The notes below the pieces were generated by a model. The model had not been told where the DNA came from and made no database searches. It was given only the letters and a program-made list of their open reading frames with translations. A program made the translations under genes and the position numbers. A stretch of DNA of 64,000 bases, taken from Balanoglossus misakiensis. Taxonomy: Eukaryota > Animalia > Hemichordata. Positions 52,885-64,000 of this stretch are shown here, piece by piece (within the stretch, counting starts at the first letter, position 1; every line of letters starts with the position of its first letter). The DNA lies in assembly GCA_040954595.2 (NCBI GenBank), contig CM082587.2:5320206-5384205 (forward strand), given 5' to 3'.

Positions 52885-53382
52885 ACTTGCACTGGCACAT
52901 CTGGAGACCTTCTGAACAGCTGCGATGTGTGCTGAGTGGGGATGGCAGACCGGAATCCTAAGCATCTTTTGCCACGAGTTGTGATCTGTCAAACGTAGAC
53001 AACCGCACTCACTCACTCACAATCAGCAATGATGTACCTGTCATTGTACTGCAGCTGTCCAGTTGATCTGAATGGCTAGATGGGAGAACTTTAACAGCAA
53101 GCTCCAGACAATCAAGAAAGAAGTGGTCGGTTGTGATTCTGGAAGTAAAAATGAACGCGTACTTTTGAGACTTTATATAGTAAACAATTTTTTGCCTGAA
53201 AAAATTTATATGCCTGGATTGTGGATATCAACCTTTTTTATTATTACAAAATACCAGTTCTGACCCTCTCCCCCTTCTGTTAATGTGGGTTTAGCTGGGC
53301 CATACCATATGACAGAAAATGGGGAGGATTGGGTCTGATACACAGGCAGTCTTTTCTGAATGTTTTTAGCCTGAGTTGTTGA

Positions 53383-53446
53383 GCACATTTATGATGGCTT
53401 TGCAGTAAACCCATTCGGGTGTGCAAACGTTTGATGTTGCAGTGCC
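53383..53446 (+). promoter_or_regulatory. SECIS element (type II) in the SELENOF 3'UTR
   Basis: ATGA core at 53391, helix II containing TTTGCA/TGCAAA, apical AAA followed by CCC-ATTC-GGG mini-stem, 3' TGAT at 53432-53435, and GCAC/GTGC lower helix. Confidence 0.88.
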
Positions 53447-56400
53447 TAACAACATGGCTGTACGATGAAACCTGGCAACAATGGACACCTTTGAAGTTTT
53501 TGTAATCGGAAAAACTGTCAAATTTCAAATCTACCATGTCGTGACACTCCTGTAGGTTGAAAAATGACAAAGGTCATGGGAGGTTGTTACCATGCAAAGC
53601 TTATATCTGTCTAAAGGTTGTACCATGTGTACTGGTAACTAGTGTATTCATTTAGACAGGTTTCTTTGAAAATCATGTACTGAAACACCAGTGACTACTG
53701 TGTATAAAATTAAAAAAAAGAAAAGAAAACTTTGTGAGAACCTAACATTGAAGAATCATAATAGTGTCTGCAGATTTTCAAAACTAGTATTACATTACTT
53801 GTAAGAATGTCAAAGAAACCATGTTGGATACTGCAATAAAAATTTCAACTCGTTCCCAAAGTCATCAAAGACAGTCTGTCAGTGTCAGTTTTGTTGCTCT
53901 CAGTGACTTCACACCAACATACATCTTTAGATTCTACATTCAAAGCACATACACGGCTATTTGCACCAGGATAGAGGGGTACAAAAAATGTCATAGACAA
54001 TGCATCTCTAAAACTAAACTTTACCTTTATTGACAAACATCACAAAAACAATTTCACACGAGAAAATGTTAACAAATTTAAATCTATTGAAAAGAAGCAC
54101 ACATCTCTAGACTTTTTTTTATATAAAATGTAAATAGTGGTATGAACTACATCTGTAGTTTGATATCGACTTAAAGGCAAAATTTGATTGTTTTGTGAAG
54201 GTTTCAAATTGTCACAAATGACCCAAGGCATGGTCCCCCATAGGGATCACCCCCCTCTGCAAAGGACAACTGGGGTATCCCCAAAGTTTGTAGACAATAA
54301 TTGTACATACTGCCCTCTGGGATTATGTTGAACCCACAAAGATGACATGAATCATGTTTGAATGTCTAAAACACAAATTCACAAAGTGGTTTAGTCATAA
54401 AAACCATAATTAATTCCCTTCAGTAAGAAAAAAAACAAGAATATGAAAAAAACTTTAAAGAAGTTTCATGTAGTTTTTGTAGTTTTGTTTCACGAGTAAA
54501 ACGTGTCCTTTTTACCAGTATTGCTACCAACAGCCACAGACAATCTCAGCTAGCAACAATAAAATAATGATGCATTATTTGTCAATCTGCAATTTTTGAT
54601 GAAATCAAAACCGGACCAGAAAAAAATGGACCATAAAATCCTTTTTTATGCATTACTCTAAATCAGTTTTCTTCTTTGAAGTTTTTACCCGATTTTCACC
54701 GAATTTGTGTAAAGAATTATAAATAGCTTGAATTTCATATTTTTTTCTGCTTTGAATAAAAACTATATAGCCTCCCTGTCTCTAGTATTTTATCACTGTG
54801 ACTTTTGACTTGTCCCCACTGTGCCAAAACTGAAGAAATTTATTCAGTCATAAATAAATAAACATATAAAGAAAAACAAGAAAATGCCCGGCCATTGAAA
54901 TTTGTCATCCACTTCCCGGGCAAGCAAACAAATTTTTGCACTTTGCATTGTTCCGTTGACATCCAAACGAATCGACGGGGTAAAAACTCAAGCATTTTTG
55001 ATTTCCCTTCAAGGAAATAATATTGAATTTCTTAAAATGGTCCTTATCACGTATTGGTGTTAGTTCACACGTCACGAAAAATAAAATTATTTCACAAACA
55101 TTTTGTTATCAAAGGCAAGACATAATTAACACACGGTTTTGATCCATACAATCAAACGGCCAATTTTGATACAATTAAAAAGAAATTACTTGACAATTTT
55201 GTCCACACTCAAAATGAGAACATGAATACATGGATATGATAATGGCAAACTGGCCACCAGAGGTTAGTGAAAATCTTTTGTCATTCTTTGATAAGGTACG
55301 GTACTCATTAATGAAAACACATTAAAGCCACATAAAGAATTTTCAGTGAAAACATTGAGAAAAGTGCAGCATCTTCAAGTAATGTCGGCAGCTAATCTCC
55401 ATTGTGTAAAGCTTAGTAAAGGGGCTCCTAAATGGTCGAAACACATCCATGGCTGTTATTTCATCGCTGGCAAGCCAATCAGGTAGGCCTTTGTTTAATC
55501 TTGAAGGTAGGTAAAATTTTGAACAAGTTCATAGCACCGTTAACTAAATTGCTGTTGCAAAGATTTTGAAAGTTTGAAACAAAAATAAACTTGCTACAAA
55601 TGCTGACTGTGAATGCCACAAGATATATTATTGCCTGAATCATGGGTTTACAGGCCCGAGAGCAGGGGGCCATTCGCCTGACCCACAAGGGCATATGGTC
55701 TCTCTGTTGGGAGGGTCCTATAAACCATGTATCCAGGAAATGATATTTTTATCACATGCCTTGCCAAGCTGGTTTCATTCAACTGGGTAACCTTGGCAAC
55801 CGGTCAATATAACGTACACTGGCCCGCTACATTCCTAGATAAATCATGAAGTAAGAACGTTCAACAGTGATCATCTTTAGACAAACAAGTGCTTATGGAC
55901 ACATAGTAGTGAAGACAGCGCAAGAAATTTGGTAAATCTTTCTCACATGATCAAAATGTTATTCTACAGGAAGTTGACAAACACTGCACATGATTAGATG
56001 CACTGAACAAACTCGCACCCCTCAACAACACTGTATATCGGTAAAATTGGAAATTTTCAAAAATTTTGATAAACCAGTTTACGCTATCATAAAACAGCAC
56101 ATGAAAGTCAGGGAACACAGCAAAATGTCGGATCCCGGTCTTCGATAAATCGGGTATTATTACGAGATGGCAAGTCTAATGAAGACACGCGCAGTACATA
56201 CATTGCCATTTTTCATGTGATGTGAACAAGAACTGGATCAGACATATATCACTCCTATCTGCAGATATACATTTCTGCTGCTCTTGCGTACATATTAACA
56301 TAGAAATCGTTTCTTTCCCTTTCAGTACATAAACTTTCTTGCGAGATTAATTTTCATCGGACAAGTTCAGCAAGTTACAGGCCAGCTGAGCAAGCAACCA

Positions 56401-57251
56401 ACACAAAAGTATTAAATTAAAAGACTTTGTCAATGACGTACACAGAGATAAGAGTTTCATTTTTTTGCTGTAAAGCTCTGAAAACGTCTACAATTATAAT
56501 ATACATCTATTAAGTTTTTATTATTGTTCTCCTTTAGAAAAATATACTGCTAACAGTAAACCAATTCAGAAGTTGAAATGAGCCAAATATATATACAATA
56601 AATGGTAAACTTAATCCAGCAGTTTCTTTGAAGCCAAGGTCAATAATAACTTTTTATCTGAAGTGTTACTTGCAAGTGTCAAGTTCATTTTCCTGGCCAG
56701 AAGTCAAGTGGTCTCAGGTTAAAAAAAATTGAAATTTGAATTTCATTTTTGACATACCATATTTCAGTTAAGCAGCACAACAGGAGAAATAATCAAAGAA
56801 GTGCAATAATTTATTTCAGCTAAGAATTCATAATGTACTTTGCACATCATTTTGTTACTCTTAATTCAGCGTTTTGTACACTTGAAGTAACACCTTCGAT
56901 AAAAGCGAAAAGTCTCACACAAAGGATAAAGAAAGAAAAAAAAACAAGCAAGGCATTATTAAGCTGCTAAAATAGATCAGGTGAGCTTCTATTTCACTTT
57001 CACAAAAAGCATAAATTAGTTGCCAAATATTCGTATAAGGTTTTATCAAGCTGGATAAAGTTTTTATTTCACACAGAGGGAACATATTTTAGCTGTTATT
57101 TTTTAAAAACTAGTTTCATGAAATCCAAGCGCTCATTAAAGCCCCAAACTAGATATCACATATATCTTTGCCTACAGCCGATAATGAAACACACAACCAA
57201 AAATGCCATTTCCAGACGAGAAGTTACGGCAGCCATCTTGGGCCAATTCCA

Positions 57252-60200
57252 TTATTCAATAGGGGAGCCAGGTCTTGAGTTGTACTCGTCCCGCGGCAGG
57301 AACTGGTGCCACTGGTTGGTCTCCGGGTCGTAGAACTCGATGGAGTTCAGGAAAGTCTTGCCGTCGAAGCCCCCCACCGCGTACAGGTGCCCGTCCACCA
57401 CGGCCACGCCCATGTTGGCCCGGGGCGTGGACATGTTGGCCGCCTGGCTCCACTGGTTGGTCTGCGGGTCGTAGCACTCGACCGACGCCAGGGACGAGGT
57501 GCCGTCGCTTCCTCCGACGACGTACAGCTTGCCTGCAAAAGAACAACGTCAACCTGTCAGAAAACGAGAACCAGGCTACATTCCCTCTCTCGCTCTCTCG
57601 GAAAAATTCTGTACGGGCCTTACCTTTGCATTTGCTGACACCAGCGCCGCGCCTGGCGTGGTTCAAGGGTGCCACCATGCTCCAAGTGTCCAACTGCGGG
57701 TCGTACCGCTCCACCGAGCTGAGAACATTCCAAGACTCGGCCCCGCCTATCGCATATATCTTGCCGCCCAGCGCACACAACCCTACCTGGGAACGACCTG
57801 AAAAGACAAAGATTATTGATGTTGTACGTTAGCAGAGTCACCTCAATACAACGACTAAGCCACGCAAGATCTCACAGGGTCCCCATGGAGTCCGGAAAGT
57901 GGGTCTATTGCAGGCAGTGGATGGACTTACCGTGATTCAAGCTTGCAATGGAGGACCAGGAGTCTGTTTCTGGGTCGTAGAAGTCACAGGTGGTCAGTCC
58001 AATGTGTCCAGATGAACCACCAGCAAGGTAGAGTTTGTTGTCCAAGACTGCAGCACCTGGAATATTTAATGCGGCATAACGTCAGTTCATTAAACCACGA
58101 TTTATGGAAGGACCAGAGAGAGAAAAAAAAACATGGGTACTGATGAATATGCAATATTATAGACAAGGACTCAAAATTTCAACATTTGATTAAAATGCTG
58201 GCATTCTTCCATGTACATTAACCCTTTCACCCCCAGTTCCCTCTTTAGACGTCTAACCGTACCATAGAAAACAATGGGTTTGGACCGAACCATGACAGTG
58301 AAAGGGTTAAAGCACTGCCTTACACTACTACGCACCTGAGCTGTGTCGCTCCGTCTCTATGTTGGCCACAGCCGACCACTTCCCGGTGTCCGGATCAAAG
58401 CAGTGCCCAGTCTTCAACTCCGAGGTGCCGTCGGATCCGCCGAAGGCGTACAGCTTGCCGTGGATGGCGTTGAACTCGAAGCGGCCACGGGGCGTCGGCA
58501 TGTCCGGCAGGGAGCTCCATTCGTTGGTCTCCGGGTTGTAGATCTCCACGGTGTCCATGCATTTGCCGCGATTGTAGCCACCTGTGGAAGGAAGACATCG
58601 TTATTTTTACTTCCAGGTTTACGAAGCTCTAGGGTCAGTGGGCTAAAATTAGGGTAGGTTGGGTAATCGGAACAGCACATATTTTTTTATTTACCACGCA
58701 TGATAAAGGCTCTGAAGCATTTACCTGCAGCGACCAGCTTTCCGTCCAACTCCGCCACTCCCAGCGCGCAGCGAGCAAACTCCATGGGGGTCAGCATGGT
58801 CCAGGAGCCCTGGCTCTCCACCGAGATGGAGCGGGTGAAGCGGGGGCTGGAGGCTCGCTTGGGAATCTTCTGGTGCAGCGACAGAGACATCAGGTCGCCG
58901 TTCAGTACCGCCAGTGCGATGTACGCTGTTTTGTTCTCTGCAAACAAACAAAGAAAACATACAAATTAAATTATTTTTTCTTGGTTCACATTTCTCAATA
59001 CACGTAACTGCAAACAGTCAACAAGATAATGTGCATTTAATTTGCCAGACGGTTTCACTTCCTCGTGGAACTAATTTGATATTATACGAGACAGGAACAG
59101 TTCACTCTAGATTACAGGGTACATACATCACTCAAATACTCTGCATGAACTATCACCTATCACAACCAATTGCCAGTAATTAACCAAAGCAGTCAAATTT
59201 TCACGGGTCAAAAAGGCTGCAGACTACTTCCACTCCAGTGTTTCTTTTTTTCACCCACTGACCTGAGGTCTCCGAGGAGGCGACGACCTTCCAGCCGGCA
59301 CATTTCTGCTTCAGAGAATCCTCGGGGGTCAAAATGAGCTTTCTAGCGGTGGTGGGGGTGTTGTTATTGTGACTGCTGCTGTAGCCGTTAGCCTTCCGCT
59401 TGTTGGGCGTCGCCTGCTTCTTGCCGTTGACGCAGTATTCCTGGATGATTTCTTCGTCACAGTCCTCCACGTCCGAGATGTTCACCAAGGTGTTGTCCGC
59501 TGTCAGGAACAGAGCGTGGACCTGCACGGAAGCAATTTCATTCGGAAATGCAATTATTATTTATTTCCGTCTGCAAGTGTGAATGGAGGGATGGGTTTGC
59601 TTACTTAGCTTCCTGAAGTGTTAAAATCAACGTAATATCGTATCGCCAGCCAGCATTGTGCCCTCTGTGGGGCGTATGGCAGTTCGTATAAGCCGCCATA
59701 TTGGATTCTGAACTCCCTAGTGACGTATGGTCCCCTCAACACCATTTCTGTACCAGCAAACTGTCTCTCTCAGCATTTTATTCCATAAAACCTAGTGCAT
59801 GTCGACAAATGTGAATTTATATTTATATTTTGTGGCAAAATGAAGTCTTCTCTCTTTGCGAGGCCCCGTGACAAAATCATCCAACCAGTATCCCCATGGA
59901 GACAGGCAGTGAAGAAGCCTGTTACCATCACTTACCAATAATGGTATCTTCACAGTGACTTTTGCGATCATATTTTACTTTTCTTGTATGATCATGGAAT
60001 TGAGGTGCACTTAATGTGTTTGAACTCAAATTCGCCCCCCCCCCCTAAAAAAAGACGTTAGAAAGTAAAGAAACATTCTGACCTGTTCAGTCATAAACTT
60101 CATCAGCTCTCCTTCACTCAGACATCTCTTGACCCAATCCACCACCTTGTCAAACAGGTGCCTGTCGCTCACACTCTCCGACTCGTCCGTGCCGACAATC

Positions 60201-61923
60201 TCCACCTGTAGCCGTGGCAACGCCAGGAACTCCTTGCTCATGGCGGCCTCCATCATGTTCTTCTGGATGTAGTTCTCGACGACCGTCAGTAGCTCGGCGT
60301 CGTTCAGCTGGGCTGCAAATTGTCTCAGTCCTGTGGGGAAAAAAAAGATATATCCATCATGAATATAACCGCAAGTCAAGAGCTCGGGTCATGTCTCTGT
60401 ATCACTCTTACATGTAGAACTCCAAATTATTTCGCTTGTAGTACCCAACGTTGTTTTCAAAGATTAACGAAAAAGCACCACTCGGGGTTTTTTTGGACGA
60501 AAAATATTCTTTCACAGTAAGTAGTTCTTCATGATTGAACCCGTTTGAATCGATAAGTCCAGACATACACGTATGTGTACTTATCCCACTTGAATTGTTC
60601 TGTGCTGCTGTGCGACAGATATCATTTATTTATTAGATTTGATATTTTGGGGGCTGTTGAATTAGAGAGATTAATTAAGATTAATTCATGACATGGGAAT
60701 AATCTGCAGTATAATTTGACATTCACTGGCTGGCAATTTTACTGAGGGAGCCCTTAGCGTCCTTGGCTTACAGCCAGAGAAGAAGTGCTCGTTAAACTTT
60801 TATCTGTCTTCAAGTCTACTCTTGACAGCTTACAACGTCAGAGGCTGTTTTTATTACAGCTGACTCTGCCAGCTTTGGACATCCTCGAGGATCGAACAGG
60901 CATTTTAATTGTCCCTATCAGATGGGAATGTCCCATTTACCACAGACACCTCTTCTCTGTCTCAGACACATAGACACAACAAATTTTGTCGGAAAGAGTG
61001 TGCTGCTGAAGGATGCCGCAGGGCCAATGTTATCAGGACAGTCAACTCTAAATTGCTTTGCGCCAAAAAGCACTCCGAATCCAAACCTATTAACTGACAT
61101 CAAATAAACCTCTTCCCTGCTGTCTATAAAAGTACATATAGTTAGAGCAAGGTTATTTTGATCAATCTCCCAACCCCGGTCAGTAACACTAATGGGGCTA
61201 CATCACCAGTTCAATCTGGGTTAAAAATAAAATAAAAGAACTGGATTCATTTGAGTTTGGGGGAGGTGGGGTTTGACCCAAGACTTATTAGAGACAAAAT
61301 GGCGGCAACCTACCTATGCAGTTGTGGGCATTCAGATGATCAGCCAAGTATTCCCCACAAGCTTTCTTGACACGGTTCATGTGAAGCAGTCTAGCTCCAG
61401 CATACACGTCTGGCACGTTATCACTGCATACATCAATTCTTCATAGAAAAAGAAAAGCATTGTTAATTCCTGAGTTACAACACTTAAAGTAGAACATATG
61501 CTGATTTTTTTTTCTGAAGTTTACTTTGTGCAATTCCACTGACCATGTTGAAATGTTCATTATTTTGGCTGTCAATACAACCTGCGATTGGGCAAGCACG
61601 CATATTATTGCACCTGGTTACGCGTCTTACCTGCCGATGTAGCAATACTTCACCAGCGCCTCCAAGGCCACGGGAGTGACGCCCTCCACGCTGACACTCA
61701 TCACAGTGGAGGTCGGCTCGCGCAAGTTGAACATCTCGTAGAAGTAGGAACTGCAGCAGGCCAGGATGGCCCGGTGGGCCGTCACCTCCTGCTTCTCCAC
61801 GCTCAGCACCACGTCGCAGAATTGTCGGTTCTTCCGCATGGCATTCAGCTGTGCCATGGTGGACGGCCACTGGCACTGCTGGTCGTCGAACGTCAGGTTG
61901 CTTTCCGGGTTGGAATTAGTCAT
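57252..61923 (-). CDS. IVNS1ABP: BTB-BACK-Kelch protein, influenza NS1A-binding protein homolog
   Basis: Exons 61923-61631, 61438-61314, 60330-60083, 59521-59263, 58937-58725, 58581-58336, 58056-57931, 57797-57624, 57532-57252. BTB (FCDVVL..AHRAILACCSSYF), NS1-BP-like EFLALPRLQVEI, and Kelch repeats (GG..S/TVE.YDP..W). An acceptor near 61952 implies a further upstream 5'UTR exon. Confidence 0.88.
58222..58306. mobile_element. Tiny TTAA-flanked piggyBac-like MITE in an IVNS1ABP intron
   Basis: ttaa|CCCTTTCAC ... GTGAAAGGG|ttaa. Confidence 0.65.
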
Positions 61924-64000
61924 GCTGGCAATGGCGAATGATCAAAAAAAACCTGCAAGCGCAAGAAGAAGAAACATCTGCATTGAAAATTGGCACTAAA
62001 AACAGAGGAGTAACAGTATTACACTTCTGCAGTATGCGTTCCACTGTTTGCCCCATGTGTAATGCATATTCTGGACATCTGAAGTTCCAATCAAACGGAA
62101 CAGTTGTTTCAAATCTGAAACTACTGCTTGCATGCTAAGGATGGGCTATCCTTTTTAGGTCTTCATCATGAGTGAGCGAATCCAGCCTGAGATCTCATAG
62201 GGCCGGCAGATTTCATGACTACATGTAGGCCAGTTAAGTAGTATGGCTCTTAGCACTGGCTAGCCAGACAGACTTGCAAATATTATTTGGTTTCGACACT
62301 GAAACTCTACATTGTACACATAATGTAGGTGTCACCTTGTACTTGTTTGTATTTTGTATTTCAATGTCAGGTTGCATTTTCCATGGTCAAGGACTGCAGT
62401 ACGATAAACTACACGTTAGCAACGAAAGAATGCCAAGAGGTTTTAAAGACGTCACTGGACAAGAACAGCGCTTCACGGCCTAGTTCAGAAAAGAGGACCC
62501 GGGTCCTGGTGTGACAGCTCAGTCAACCACGACGCATACCTGTCTGCGTACACCCAACAAACAATAGCCAATTGTCTGCGTCCACAACAATAAAACTGGG
62601 TTTGTTTTCAAAACACAGGTTGGGAATAAAGGGGCATTAAAACCCAAACGAGTCAATGTGGACATAAACGTACAAATAAAGGTGAATGTGACAATTCCTG
62701 ATGTAAAATATTAGTTTGAAATACCATCTCTGCCTTTATTACAAGTTGTTATGACAATCTACCTACTTGTGAACTATTCTGGCCTCTTAAACTGCAATGT
62801 TAGTGAGAAACTGCTGTGTTTATTGACAATTTCTCTCTCTCAGTCGTTTTAACTTGAGTTGACATGACATAAATAAACACATTCTCACCATATGGTTACT
62901 GATATATAACAATTCATGTCATTTTATGAGCTAAAAACATAAGCAATGTTACGACCGAAATCATTCACTAAAATCCAATCTGCTTAAATAATTTGAAGGA
63001 AAAAAATCAAGTCGTTTTCTGTAAACTCTTCTGAACAGGTACATGTTATTACACCTTTTGCTTTGAGATTATATTTTAACCAGTAAGCAGGTCATTTCTG
63101 ATGGAAAAATAATCTGAATGCTGATAATACCCCATGCTGACAACCAAAAATCATTTATTAATTATAATGGCCCCTACGGACATGTATTCTGCAGTACGCA
63201 TCATTTCTAGCCTTTGACGAGGATTAAAAAATCAACCTCACCTTAAAACTGACAAAATTCCAATTAAATCACACTTTAATATTTTAAATCAGGATTACAC
63301 TGAGGTGTTACGTAAAGATGTCTCAAAATATTTCTCAAGGTGAAATTAAAGTAACAGGGATTTTTCTCCTGAGAATCGACCAATCTTGGTCAACAGGAAG
63401 CTGGATCATTAGACAATTTGACATCAACAGGAACAGCCTCGTACATGTATTGGGTATCAATTTGTCCTTACGAAAAAAACATCTCTAGTGGGCTTATTAT
63501 CTCCTGTTGCCATGGACACAGTGGCGCTTGAACTAGGTGGCATTCTATTTTTAGCATCACCATCTGAAAAGACGCCATTGTATATATGATGTAGTTGAAG
63601 GCAAAAACTGGAAATAACCATTTGAAGAAATGTTGCAAGAAAACGACAGAGGTGTACAACACAGATGCTAGTGAAAATTATTTCATTGTTTTATTGTTCA
63701 GTTTTTAATAAATGAGCTGTTTTAGATCGTTGCCTGCATGGGATTAAGTAATGATAATATGGCGTGTCAGATGAAGATGTTCTAGGAAGGGAGCTGGAAC
63801 TGATTGGAGAGGACACCATCTTGAAGACTCCCCCGCCCACGTGAAAATGACGTTCCACACTACGGAAAAAAATCTCGCAGTGAACGTGGCACACATCCAC
63901 GTTCAACAAAGACACTCTTCAAACATGCACGCAAAACAATTTGCATGTGAATTAACAAATTCATTGCCATGACTACATGTGCGTTCACACGACTGCTGTA

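Noticed and set aside
57256-57832. Long overlapping and antisense ORFs in the Kelch region
   Set aside because: Shadows of GC-rich IVNS1ABP exons and read-through into introns.

Overview
AT-rich, intron-rich eukaryotic genomic DNA. Gene content suggests a marine invertebrate, probably a deuterostome such as a hemichordate (inference only). Spliced genes were reconstructed by eye from GT-AG junctions and reading-frame phase. In order: a TRAF2/3-like adaptor (+); a short signal-peptide ORF (+); a (6-4) photolyase (+) preceded by two perfect D-boxes; a stomatin/band-7 gene (+) with two candidate alternative first exons; two tandem paralogs (-) encoding signal-peptide proteins with a degenerate plus an intact 2OG-Fe(II) oxygenase domain; selenoprotein F (+) with an in-frame UGA and a 3'UTR SECIS; and an IVNS1ABP-like BTB-BACK-Kelch gene (-). 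Intron 3 of the second oxygenase paralog holds about 6.7 kb of 88-bp satellite with 8-unit higher-order periodicity, and a PIF/Harbinger-type MITE is inserted in its first unit. The best candidates for undescribed biology are the secreted pseudoenzyme+enzyme tandem 2OG oxygenase pair and the signal-peptide exon that can splice in frame onto the photolyase. All exon models are predictions without transcript evidence.
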